Shown piece after piece: positions 26,591 to 37,775 of a stretch of 64,000 nucleotides of DNA (within the stretch, counting starts at the first letter, position 1; the number at the start of each line of letters is the position of its first letter). Both the position numbers and the translations under genes were made by a program. This DNA is from Antechinus flavipes (lineage: Eukaryota): NCBI RefSeq assembly GCF_016432865.1, contig NC_067404.1:84630001-84694000 (forward strand), written 5' to 3'. The notes under the pieces are model-generated. The model had not been told where the DNA came from, did no database searches, and was given only the letters and a program-made list of their open reading frames with translations.

Positions 26591-27970
26591 AAGGGCCCTG
26601 GTTCTTGGGATCTGGAAACTTGTTTGTTTGCTTTTTTTCTTCCCCATTTCAATAAAATCCATTTTTTATTAAATAATTGATTAAAAGGACAGGTTTCAGA
26701 GAGATGTGAAAAAGACAAATTCTTCAAGATAATGCTTTTCTGGCATCCTCTTTCACCAATTGCTTCCCTCAAATCTCTGAGAAGGGGAAAACTGAAACAT
26801 CGCCAGCAATGAGTCTTTTTTTAAAAATAAAAATGGACTTCCTAGCTGTGTGACCCCGGACAAGTCACTTAACCCCAATTGCTCCCGCAAAAAATAAATA
26901 AATGAATGAATGAATAAATAAAAATGGAAAAGTGGTGAACCATCTTGAGTGCTGCCTGCCTTAGGAGATGTACTGGGACATGGTAGTCCCCCTCAAGCTG
27001 TATCTGGGGGACTTCTATAACGTGCCCAGATAAGTGACGATCCAACTTGAGCCACAGTGGCCCCTCTAATCCCTAGCCTCCTGAGAGCTCAGCTGGCCAT
27101 AAAGCATCATTAGGAGGCAGACACTCTGTGCTAGGGCTATTCCTTTCCCCTCTGGTGTGATGGTTAACTTCAAGTTAAGTCAACAAGGATTTATCCTGCA
27201 CTCTCAGAGGCCAGATCCCAAGCTAAGGTAAAACTAGTCCCAGCTCTCAAGAAGTTTACAACTGAACTTGTCCTGAAGCAATTATCGAGAGAACAGTTGC
27301 TGTTAAGAGGTCGGGAGGAACGGGCGGAAAAGCTGAATTGACATTCTCTCCGTTTCTCCTTCCACACCCCAAATCATTCTAATTCCAGGACGTCTGGTGC
27401 ACTCCCCGGCCCAGACAATGGGAAACACGTGCACCCCTCTCATTGCCTTTTTAATCCCCAGATCCCAGGATTGATTTATTCTGAGCCTGCAGCCACTAAA
27501 TCTCCCCAGAATTAGTCACGGGAATTCTCCTCCAGCCAGCCCTCCCCTATTCTGTACTTCTCACCTGTTGGGGCTCTTCTGACTGCTGAGTCAGCCAGCC
27601 ATTCTATCGAGTTTTCAGCTCTTCTCATCTTTGGATGATGACCCCGGGAAAACAGCTGCCAATTTCTCCATTCTTCAGGCCCATCCCCTCCCTCAGTTAC
27701 CTCCTCGAATACTTTCCTTCTATCCCCAGCGTCGGCTTCTGGAATTCCTTCTTTTCCTCCATGTGCCTGGCCCTCTCAGCCCTCCTCAGTCCCTTTGGTT
27801 CCGAAGTCACAAAAGCTCCTCCAACCTCTTCCTCGTAAGGCTTTTATTTCCACAGCTGAATATCTCTCTGACTCTCTCCTTTTCCCCCCACCGCTATCCC
27901 TACCACCATCATCACATACACACACAAACACATATTCAGGGCCTTGTCGAGCTCCACGTTCTTATCCTCT

Positions 27971-28351
27971 TCAGTGCTTCTCAGGAATCCAGGACAGGGA
28001 GTGCTGACAGGGAATCCAGGTCTCCAGGTTGTTTGGGGCTGGGGCATAGACTGGGGGTGGGGGTGGGAATTGGAATGGCTGTGGCAGTGGGAATTGGAGT
28101 GGGGGTGGGGGTGGGAATTGGAGTGGCTGTGGCCATGGGTCTGGGAAGAGACTCTCCTTAGAAAACAGGTTGGGGTTATGGAGATGCAGAAAGTGAGGAT
28201 CTCTGAGCTCAGAATTTGGGAAGAAATTGGGTCGGGCTATTTGGGGTTCAGGAAGGAAGCTGGTCAGGTTGTCAAAAGGCAACAGGTTCAGGTCCGGGAG
28301 CAGTGAACACTTCTGCTTCCTCTGCTTGGCCCGGCGGTTCTGGAACCATAT
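27971..28351 (-). CDS. PROP1-like: Homeobox gene exon 3 (recognition helix IWFQNRR and Pro-rich C-terminus)
   Basis: Acceptor tatctttcttatcctAG|ATATGGTTCCAGAACCGCCGG; 381 nt open frame to TGA. The distal part equals ORF 27971..28282. Confidence 0.92.
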   Translation of the reverse strand: MWFQNRRAKQRKQKCSLLPDLNLLPFDNLTSFLPEPQIARPNFFPNSELRDPHFLHLHNPNLFSKESLFPDPWPQPLQFPPPPPLQFPLPQPFQFPPPPPVYAPAPNNLETWIPCQHSLSWIPEKH

Positions 28352-29311
28352 CTAGGATAAGAAAGATACTGTTCCCTTGCCCCCACGGTCCCAAAGGGTG
28401 AGCCTAAACCTCCAGTTATTGGGAACATAACCATCAGGGTCCCAGAAAGTGAGAACATTCCCTGCAGGGGCAAGACACGATCTCCTTCCCTCCCTCCCAG
28501 GATTGACACAACCAAGGACCCTCCTCTCAAATTCAAGGGACTGCCTGGGAATGAGAACTCTAGCAGGGCTGTCACCTGAACACGGATCTCATCGAGCCCT
28601 AGGTCTCGGGCCAGAGCTTCCCGAAACCAGACATCAGGGTACTGGTTTCTTTCAAAGACTTCCTCAAGCTTTTCCAGTTGTTTGGAAGTAAACTTGGTCC
28701 GATGTCTCTTCGGCTTCCCGGCTGGGAGGGGAGCTGATCCTGGAGGGGCTTCCTCCCGGGGGGGAACATATCCTAGAGAGTTCAGGCCAAACACTTCCAG
28801 GGCCTGGCCGAAAAGTCCAGCACCTCCTGCTTCTGAGGGAAGAACAATTGAGGCTCCATCATACGTGGCTCAGCCCCACCCCAAGTCATTTCCAGCCCAA
28901 GTCAAATATAGCATGGCCATGGCTCCCATATACAGTTCAGACCCCCTTTTATAGCTCAGGTCAAATATCTAAGACCTTGGGCCCATACACAACCCAGACC
29001 CCTGAGAAATAGCCTGATTCACATAGTAGGCTCTTCAGAATTGGTTGTTTTAGTAGTAAATCCCAACCAGAGGAAATCCAGTTCCCTCCCTGGAGAGAGC
29101 TGCAGCCCTCTCCCGGTTCCTCTTGCCCCCTTCCTCAGACTCCTGAGAGTCTAGGGAAGCTGAGCTCATGGGAAACCTATGACCCCAGTCCCTGGAGCCT
29201 GACTAAGCCCCTAACTAATTAGTCCAAGTCCTTGGGAGGAAAGAAGGGCCAGGGAAAAGTCACCATCCCTCCCACCGCCCCCCAGGGACCCAGGAGTCCA
29301 GGCTCACCCAT
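27971..29311 (-). CDS. PROP1-like: PROP1-like paired-class (Q50) homeobox gene, 3 coding exons: 29308-29311, 28576-28832, 27971-28351 (642 nt, 213 aa)
   Basis: Spliced translation: [87 protein letters not shown]|[35 protein letters not shown]...WIPEKH*. All introns are GT-AG and in frame, with the phase-0 intron between homeodomain codons 46/47 typical of the PRD class. [25 protein letters not shown] and the downstream SLL...SFLPE motif match PROP1 as recalled. Kozak ACCATGG at 29311; AATAAA (minus) at 27843-27848. Confidence 0.9.
28576..28832 (-). CDS. PROP1-like: Homeobox gene exon 2 (N-terminal region and homeodomain residues 1-46)
   Basis: Acceptor ttgttcttccctcAG|AA and donor CAG|GTGACA; 257 nt = 2+85 codons. 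An alternative in-frame acceptor ctctctAG| would start the exon at 28772. Contained in ORF 28288..28794. Confidence 0.88.
29308..29311 (-). CDS. PROP1-like: Homeobox gene exon 1 coding part (ATG G only)
   Basis: ctaccATGG|GTGAGC: strong Kozak context and consensus donor. Phase 1 matches the exon 2 acceptor and gives M-E-A. Confidence 0.65.
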
Positions 29312-29624
29312 GGTAGACTTCGAAGCTCTTGGGGCTGAAGGACTGGGCAAGGGGAAACAGACAGAAAGGGTCTTCTCTTCCTCCCCTGAGCTCTGGCCCA
29401 ATCCCTGGAGGGCCAGGAGAGAGCAGAGATCAAAGCTCCTGTTGCTCCTCCCTCCACTTTCCAGTTTCTGCTCCTATCTCTCTGTCTGTGTCTCTGCCTT
29501 CTCTCTTGCCTGCTCTGTTGACCTTGATCTCTGTGTCTCTTTTTTCAGCTCTCTGTCACAGTGGCTCTCTGTGAGCCTGAATAACTCTCCCCAGTTGTTT
29601 TCTGGCTCTCTGTCTGTGTTTGTA

Positions 29625-29663
<39 letters not shown>

Positions 29664-31730
29664 CTGTGAGTGTGTGCCTAGAACTCTCTCTTTCTTTGGA
29701 TCTCTCCGTCTGCCTCTCTTTCCACCTCTCTGCCTCAACCCTGTCTCTATGTCCACCTGCAAATGCCTGAGTCCAGGGATGGGGCTTGGGGGAGAAGGTG
29801 GAGTGGAAAGGGGGAAGAAGCAACCTCCCTCCTCCCGTCCCCACCGAGGGCCAACTGCCAATCCTCGAGCTTTCTCCAGGATCGAGGACTGAGATGGGCA
29901 GGGCAGGGCTGGGAGGGGGCAAACCTATGGAAACTGTCACAAAACTTGGTTTCCCTATTCCGTCTGGACTTCTGTCTCTTCTCTTTCTTCTTCAGCTATC
30001 TTTCCAAATCTCCAAATGTCTCTAAATCAGCCTCTCCATTCTGTGCCTCTCTCTGTCTCTCTTCATCCAGGTATGGAACCAGAGCCAGCCCCTAGGCCAT
30101 AAGCTCAGAGTTGATGTGTCTCTGTGAATTGTGTCACTACCAGTCCCAGCAGGGGATGCCGAGGCCAAGAATCAAACCTGGACAGGGAGGTTCAGGTTCC
30201 CACAGAAAATGACAGGCTTTTGTATCATTAAATCCCCTTATGAGGTCAGAAAACAGTTGGGATGGGAAGAGGGAAAACAGTCCATACCCCCTCCCACCAC
30301 CACCAAGAGGATAAAGTTAGAGAGGGAGGGTAGAAACAGCAGGGATCGAAAGCTGGGCCTGGCTGGGACCCAGGAGTCATGGACCCCTGTGGAGGTCCCC
30401 CCCAAGACAGCAATGGGCCATGCCTCATGCAGTGATAGGAGGGGGAATAACTCCAGGGCTCTAAGCCCAGCCCCTCACCTGTTCTCCCAATTAGCAGTAA
30501 TGAAGGAGAGCAAGGATTCAATCCAAGGCCAGGCACACACAGCAGGGGTGAAAGAACTCCTGCCAGATGAACATAACAGTTCTGCTATTTGTTTTCCCAT
30601 CAGTGGCTCTCTCAGTTAGTCATCGATTATTTTCCCTTATTGATTGCTTACTCATTTCATTGTTCGTTCGGTAACTCATTTGATTGCCGCTTTGTTCGTT
30701 TTGTCTATTTGTTGGTTCGATCGTTTGCTCCTTGGCATATTGGTTCAGTCATTCACAGGGACCAGAAGGGAATGATGGACCTGGGATTTTGGGGTTTTCA
30801 GAACCACCAGGTGAGAAAGCTGTCACTCCCAAAGCAGGCTAGCACCTGCTCCACAGCTCAGTATCTTTGGAAGGTTGCCTAGACTACTGAGAGAGAAAGC
30901 CCAATATGAGGCAGATGTGGACTTGAACCATGATGCTTCGCTCACTCATTTATTCATTCACGTGTTTCTTCATTTATTGCTTTGTTGTCTGACTCCCAAA
31001 ACTGCCTCCGTTTGTTCCTTTCTTTATCGTTTTGTTTTTAATTCCTCAATTCACTCATCCATTCATTACTTTGCTCATTCACTTATCTGTTTATTTGATC
31101 ATTGGACCATTTGTTCGTCTGCTGCTTCATTCGTTCATTTTTGTTAACCCACAGTACGAAGCTTACTGCCTCCATTTTCCAGATGGAAAACTGAGGTCCA
31201 GAGAGGGGAGGTGACCTAGCCAGGTTCTCAGAGCAAGGATCCCATAAGGCTCAAAAGAAAAACTTTGGGTACTTATCCAGGAGCCCCCAGATGTGGCCGT
31301 CATCCTCAAGAGGCCTTTTTGCTTGGTCTCGTGTCTTCCAACCCCAATTTCTGATTGATGCCCAGTCTCTACAAAGAGTTGCTAGCCCATCCCTGCTTAA
31401 GGAGAGGTCAGTGGGTGAAGCACCCCCACCCCACAGTCACTTGTTCATGGCTGGTCCCAGAAGGCCATTGGGAGGATTGAATGAAAGTGATGGACCAACC
31501 TTTCCTGCCATCAAGCTCTATACCTGGAGCTGCTATGGGAGATGGGACATCCCCATCCCTGGAAGCCTCAGAAGGCTGAACCTTCTTGTTGGATATGTTA
31601 CCGAGAAGAGTTCCTACTTAGAAGTGTTTGGGACATGATGTCCTTTAAGATTTCCTTCCAGATTCAAGATACTTGAAACCTCTATAACCTAGCATTCCCT
31701 AGAATGAGTCTAGGAGCTAGGAGGGACCTT

Positions 31731-31860
31731 TCTTTGTTTTGCTGAGGCAATTGGGGTTAAGTGACTTGCCCAGGGTCACACAGCTAGGAAGTGTTAAGTG
31801 TCTGAGGCTAGATTTGAACTCAGGTCCTCCTGACTTTAGGGCTAGGGCTCTACCCACTGC
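31731..31860 (-). mobile_element. WSINE1-type SINE
   Basis: Near-consensus gctgaggcaattggggttaagtgacttgcccagggtcacacagctaggaagtgttaagtgtctgaggctagatttgaactcagg. Confidence 0.9.
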
Positions 31861-32541
31861 AAATGGTATTTTTTTTCCAATCTACTCTTTGGAACTCCCT
31901 GAATTTCTCTTTTTCTTCCTGTCGCATGGCCCGTCTTCACTGACTGAGGATGTTAGCTGGAGTGTAGTGGGGCCAGCTCCACAGCTTTACCATTTCCTGG
32001 CTATGTGGCCTCTTCTAAACCTCAGGTTTCTGTCAAATGGGGCTGAGAAGATATAAAAAAACCAGGTGAGTAAACAGAATGGAGCCAGACCAAGTCAAGT
32101 TGGACAAGGGAGAGGCCATTAATTGCCTGGAGGTGGGGCGAGCACTGAGAAGCAGGGAAGGTCCTCTGGAGGAGGTGGTCTAAGACTGGAACAATGGGTA
32201 TGGAGATGGAGGTGGTAGCCCAGGCATAGGGAAGAGCGTGGGCAAAGGGCTCAGAGCCAGGAAAGCACAGTGTGCGTCTGAACGGGGTTCAGCCAGAGCC
32301 TGGGACCGTGGAGAGAGAGAGAAGTGGGAGAGGGTTGGAGAGGCCGAGCAGCCCCGTGTTGCGGAAGGCCTCCCACGCCAAGCTGTTCTTGGGCTAAGGC
32401 TGTGGGCAATGCTGTGTGCCCCCGACACCTCTGGCCTCCCGAGTTTGGATTTCCAGTAAGTCTCCTGCCTGATTCCCAAGTTCTTTGAGAAGATGAAATC
32501 TTGTCTGCTTTCCAGCCCCACCTCACCCCCATAGACTTTCT

Positions 32542-33441
32542 TTTTTTTTTTTTTATTAAAGCTTTTTATTTTCAAAGCATATGTATGGGAAATTTTTTCA
32601 ACATTGTCCCTTGGAAAATTTCTGTTCCAAATTTTCCCTTCCTTCCCTCCACCCCCTCCCCTGGATGTCAGGTAGTCCAATACATGTTAAACATGGTAAG
32701 ATATATATTAAATCCAATATATGTAAACATATTTATGCAGTTATCGTGCCGCACAAGAAAAATCGAATCAAAAATGAAAAAAAAAATGAGAAAGAAAATA
32801 AAGTGCGAGCAAACAACAACAAAAAGAGTGAAAAAGCTTTGTTGTGGTCCATACTCAGTTCCCACAGGCCTCTCTCTGGGTGCGGATGGCTCTCTTCATC
32901 ACAAGATCATTGGAACTGGTTTGAATCACCTCACTGATGAGAAGAGCCACATCCACCAGAACCGATCAACACATAATCTTGTTGTAGCCGTGTAGAATGA
33001 TCTCCTGGACTTCCCTCTGCATCAGTTCCTGTAAATCTCTCCAGGCCTCTCTGAAATCTTCCTGCTGGTCATTTCTTACAGAACAATAATATTCCATCAC
33101 ATTCATAGACCACAATTTATTCAGCCATTCTCCAACTGCTGAGCATCCATTCATTTCCCAGTTCCTTGCCACTACAGAAAGGGCCGCCATAAACATTTTT
33201 GCACATGTGGGAGCCTTTTCCCTTTTTTATGATCTCTTTGAGATACAGGCCCAGTAGAAGCATCTCATTGCTAGATCAAAGAGAATGCAGTTTGATAGTC
33301 CTTTGATTATAGTTCCACATTGTTCTCCAGAATGGTTGGATCCGTTCACAACTCCACCAACAATGTAATAGTGTCCCGGTTTCCCCACATCCCTTCCAAC
33401 ATTCATCATTATTGTTTCCTGTCATCTTAGCCAAACTGTAG
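32542..33441 (-). mobile_element. 5'-truncated L1 with 15-bp TSD
   Basis: Poly-T at the left end; TSD CCCCATAGACTTTCT at 32527-32541 and 33442-33456. Confidence 0.9.
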
Positions 33442-36400
33442 CCCCATAGACTTTCTAGGTCTTGTCCATGGTTCTGTCATGGCCCTTTCATTGGGAGCTC
33501 AGGGATGGGATGGGACTTGCCCTCCCATACCTCAGAAGAAGAGGTCCATCTTATGCTTGGCCCTAGCTGTCACAACTGGAACTTAGAGGGCACAGGGATC
33601 TATTTGAATAAGATCGTCTCATAATCAAGGATCTCCACAAATGGTGAAGGCAGCCTCAAAAGCTACCAAAGACGCTCAAATTGAGGTTGCTAGAAATACA
33701 GAGCCAGAAATCACCAGCGACCACAGACTATCGGCGGTCTCCATTTTCTCCCCGAGCTGGAGAATCGGGGGCAATGATGGTCCTCCAAAATCATCAGTCC
33801 CATCCTACTGTAGGATAGGGACTCTATAGGAAAGGGAGCAAAGTCCACTCAGCACTCAGTGAGCATCGTGGCTGCTACTTTTACCTGTCACTGGCACTCT
33901 GGTGACCATGGGACCAGAACAGAGGGGAGCATCGAGGGCAAGGAAGCCTTCCCGAAGTCCTGCATAGATTGGCGCAATGCCCAAGGAGCCAAGAGAGCCC
34001 ACTGGCTCCCCTCCAAGGTTCAGTTCCCACACACAACCATGCCATTGCCACCACCCTGGGAGCGGTGCCCATGGGCAGACAGGAGCCCATTAATGAGCTC
34101 CCCAGACCAAAGAAGGCTCCTTCGAGGCTAGCTTGTGGAAGACCAGTAATTGGGCTTGGGCAGAGGCCTGGAAAAGCAGGAAGTCCCCGGCCAGCTCCTC
34201 GCTGGGGATTCACCCAGAGGAGAGAAAAGGAGGAAGGACAGGACAATGGAACATGCTCTGTGCCACTGCTTCATTTGAGATTCAGGTTCTCAACCAGAGG
34301 GAAGGAAGAGAGAAGGGGAGGAGACAACAGAGGTGAGGGATGGCTGGATATCCCCCTGCAGTCACCAGGACGGGACTCAGCCAGAAAGAAGCAGACCCCG
34401 GGGTCTCCAGCATTCATCTGGCAGAGTGGCCCTTCGGCCTCATGTAGCCGAGGACCTAGCGGGCACTGACCCCTCCCCCTCTCTAGAGCTCAGTTTACCC
34501 TTCTGGAAGGTGAAATCATTCCTCCCAACCCTTAGCTCCTCAAGGCTTTCCGAGCCCCTAAAGGCAGCTCCAGGTGCCAGTTTGGTTTCTTTGGGATTGA
34601 CAAGGGCATTGGATAGAGAAGGCCCTCTCTGCTGCAGACTGCCCCCCCTCCCCCCAAATAAGCTATACCTTCTAGTCTGAGAGTTGTCTGGAAGACACAG
34701 GGAAGTGTCAACCAGGGAGGGTCAGAGCCGGGACTTGAATTCAGTTTGAGGAAGAAAACTGAGACCCAGAGAGAGGAAGGTCCCATAAATAGCAGAAAGC
34801 AGAGAAAGATCTACAGAGCATGTCCTCGGCCTCCAGCCTCAGGGCTCTCCCTCCTCCTCCCCTCCCGCTCCCCGCCACCTGCCGCCTCTCGGATGATTAA
34901 ACACACCGATAGCTCCGACACTCGATGTGGCCGAGACGCCAGGCTAGAGGGGCAAGCGAGAGACTTCGAGGACCGAGTGATGGAATAAGCAAAGGCTGGG
35001 GGCCGCTTCTGGGTGCCGGGCCCCAGAGCAGAGATGGGGAAAGGGAGACTCACTCGGGGGCAGCCACCCACATCACTGGATGGAAGCTGAAGGGAAACGA
35101 CATCCTGCAGTTGAGCCTTCCACTCCAACACGTCTGTTGCTCCCCCCATTAGAACATGAGTTCCTAAGGGCCCCCTGCATCTGGCAGATGAGGAAACTGA
35201 GGACCACAGTGAAGTCAGTTGTTCAGGGTCACACGGGGAATGAATAAGAGAGGTCATGTTCCAACCCAGGGGTTCTGACCCAAAGCCCACTTTTCAAAAA
35301 CTTTTCTCACTAGCGGCACTCCAAGGACCCCGGGGTCCAAAGGGGCCCCAAGGCAGGGCTTGTGGGATTGAATCCAATCCGAGCCTCCTCCTTGGGCAGG
35401 CGGGAATCCCAAACAGGTCTGGGAGTTCTCCTTCCTCGAGGAGCAGCCTCTGGGAGCTAGAAGAGCTACCCCAACCCACCCCAGCAGGCCCAGAGAGGGA
35501 AAGGGACTCATCTGGAGTTACAGAGCCAGCTAGGAGGTGCCGGTGGGGGGAGATGGGACTGGAACGCAGGTCTCCTACCTCTTCCAAAACTTCCAGGAAT
35601 GAGGTCCTTGCCTTCCCACACCCTGGGCACACGCAGAGCAGACGGAGGAATGCCAGCTCTGGGGAAGCGAAACTTAGTTTGGCTGGAGAGGGCACCAAAT
35701 GACCCTTGAAAGGTCAACTGCAGCAGACTGGGAAGGAGCTACGGAAGCTTCTGGAGAAAGGGGAGGGCGCCATTAGTCTCGGCAAGCCCCTCACTAGCTG
35801 TTGGATCTCGGGGAGGCCACTTTACCGAGGCCGGAAAGCCTCGGAGACCATTGCCCAGGTGGATACGTGGATGGCTGCGGGAGTGAGTAATCAGTTGGGT
35901 ACGCTGGGCTTCCTCCATGGCTGTCTCCACGGCTCCTAGGTCCTTTCTTTCCCCTCAAAGGTTTTACTCTCCGCACTCTCCCCTGATCATTCCCGCAGTT
36001 CCTGGGCAGCTGAGGAGGCCAGGGCCAGTTCTCCTGGAGGTCTGAGGAGATGCCCCCAGTCTCTTCTGCTCCCTTCTCCCAGATTTAGGGATCCTCAGAG
36101 CCGAAGGGGACCCCAGAGGGCATTAAGAAGCAGAGTCTAAGGAGAGCAGGGATCCTCTCTACAATATCCCAAACTAAGGACCATTTAGCCTTCACTTGGA
36201 GCTCCATTGACAGGGATCTCACTCCCTCTGAAGACTGCTCATTTCCAACATCCCAGTCCAAGAGGGGCTTCGAGCCCGAATCTCTGAGCTAAAGATCGTT
36301 TAGACATGGCTAGGGAAAACCCAGGGCCGGACAGAGGAAGGTATATGCCCGGGGTCACACAGCAAATCGGGAAGGGAGATTGGGACTTCAAATTCAAGTG

Positions 36401-37430
36401 GGAGGCCCAGTCTGACACCTTCATTTTACACATGGGTAGGGAAGGCTCGGACCCAGGCCACACAGCAAATTATATCAGGAGTTAGGGTCCTCCTGGGGGG
36501 GGAAAAGGTTTGAAATTAGCTTGTGGAAAAAAAGTTCTCCTAGGAGTGGGGGAAGGTCCTGTTCCTTCTGGTGTTTAACTCAGTTAGTAACATGACTCCA
36601 CAGATGCCGGGAGAGGCCAGGGAAAGGGAGCTGGGACCAGCTGGCCGGCCTCATTGTCATTACTCACATTCACATGTCGCTGTCAAAGCTTTGCAAAGTT
36701 TGCCAGATCCACATATGATCTCATTGAATCCTCACAACAACCCTTCGACACAATTGCTCTTATTGAGCCCACTTTACAGATGAGGAAACTGAGGCTGAGA
36801 GCTATGAAGGGACTTGGCCGGGATCATATCAGTAGTAGGGATCTAAGGCAGTGTTGGACTCCCGTTCTTACTGACTCCAAGGCAAGATCTCCATCTACCT
36901 TGCTGCCAATCGCTTTGCTCATGTGTTTACTCATCCACCCAACACGCCTCCATTCCCCTGTCTATCACTCCATCCAGGAGGCAAGAGTGGGAAAAGTGAT
37001 GGAAGAGGTACACCGAAGGAGTGAGGGTGGGGGTGGGGAGGAAGAGTCGGGAAAAACTCGTTCTGAAGAGGAAGAAGAAGTTGGGGGATACTTCCAGAAG
37101 GAGGGAGCACCTGATCTGAGTGCTAAAACACAGAGATGGGGGAGTGCGAGTGCATGTGCGTGCGTGCGTGCGTGCGTGCGTGTGTGTGTGGGATCTCAGG
37201 AAAACTTCTCCCCTCAGGACCTCTGTTTCCACCTCCATAAAATGAATGAGTCGGGCTCTCTGGTACTTTAGGTACCTCCCAACTCCAACAGTCGAGGTCT
37301 CTAAGCCATCACAGCTCAATCAGCAAAGGCATCAAATTGTATTTGATATCTTTTTTTTAAAAAAAGGATTAATACCTTTTAAAACTGCTCTTAATTGTCT
37401 ATCACCCAGGAAGGGAATTCATCCACTGGG

Positions 37431-37740
37431 GAGGGAACCAGATTCCATGATCGCAGAGGGGACCAGATTCTGTGATGGTGGAGGGGACCAGATTCCATGA
37501 TCACGGAGGGGACCAGATTCCATGATCGCGGAGGGGACCAGATTCTGTGATGGATGGTGGAAGGGACCAGACTCCATGATCGCAGAGGGGACCAGATTCC
37601 ATGATCACGGAGGGGACCAGATTCCATGATCGCGGAGGGGACCAGATTCCATGATCGCGGAGGGAACCAGATTCTATGATGGATGGTGGAGGGGACCAGA
37701 CTCCATGATCGCGGAGGGGACCAGATTCCATGATCTCAGA
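37431..37740. repeat. 25-bp minisatellite (about 12 units, CCAGATTCCATGATCGCGGAGGGGA)
   Basis: Direct reading: 12 units, two carrying a GGAT expansion, the last one partial. Confidence 0.95.
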
Positions 37741-37775
37741 CTAGTCAGCGATTGCAGGATTCTCACGCCAGGCTC

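Noticed and set aside
27631-28161. 176-aa plus-strand ORF with a Gly/Val-rich end
   Set aside because: Antisense shadow of the Pro-rich homeobox exon 3; no independent support.
28288-28575. C-terminal half of ORF 28288..28794 ([11 protein letters not shown]...)
   Set aside because: Read-through into intron 2; the real frame splices at CAG|GT 28576 to IWFQNRR at 28351.
35314-35352. Collagen-like GPRGPKGPQG (COL23A1 lies near PROP1 in eutherians)
   Set aside because: Only three Gly-X-Y triplets, no clean GT donor and no other collagen exons nearby.
29400-37400. A second, conventional PROP1 copy in the window
   Set aside because: No other WFQNRR or RHRTTF-coding segment was seen by eye; a TBLASTN search would be definitive.
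37431-37740. CRISPR-like regular repeats
   Set aside because: Head-to-tail tandem units without unique spacers in a mammalian genome: a minisatellite.
37752-37775. 8-aa N-terminal extension of the OR from a TTG start
   Set aside because: Non-ATG start; the ATG at 37776 gives a typical OR N-terminus with its glycosylation site.
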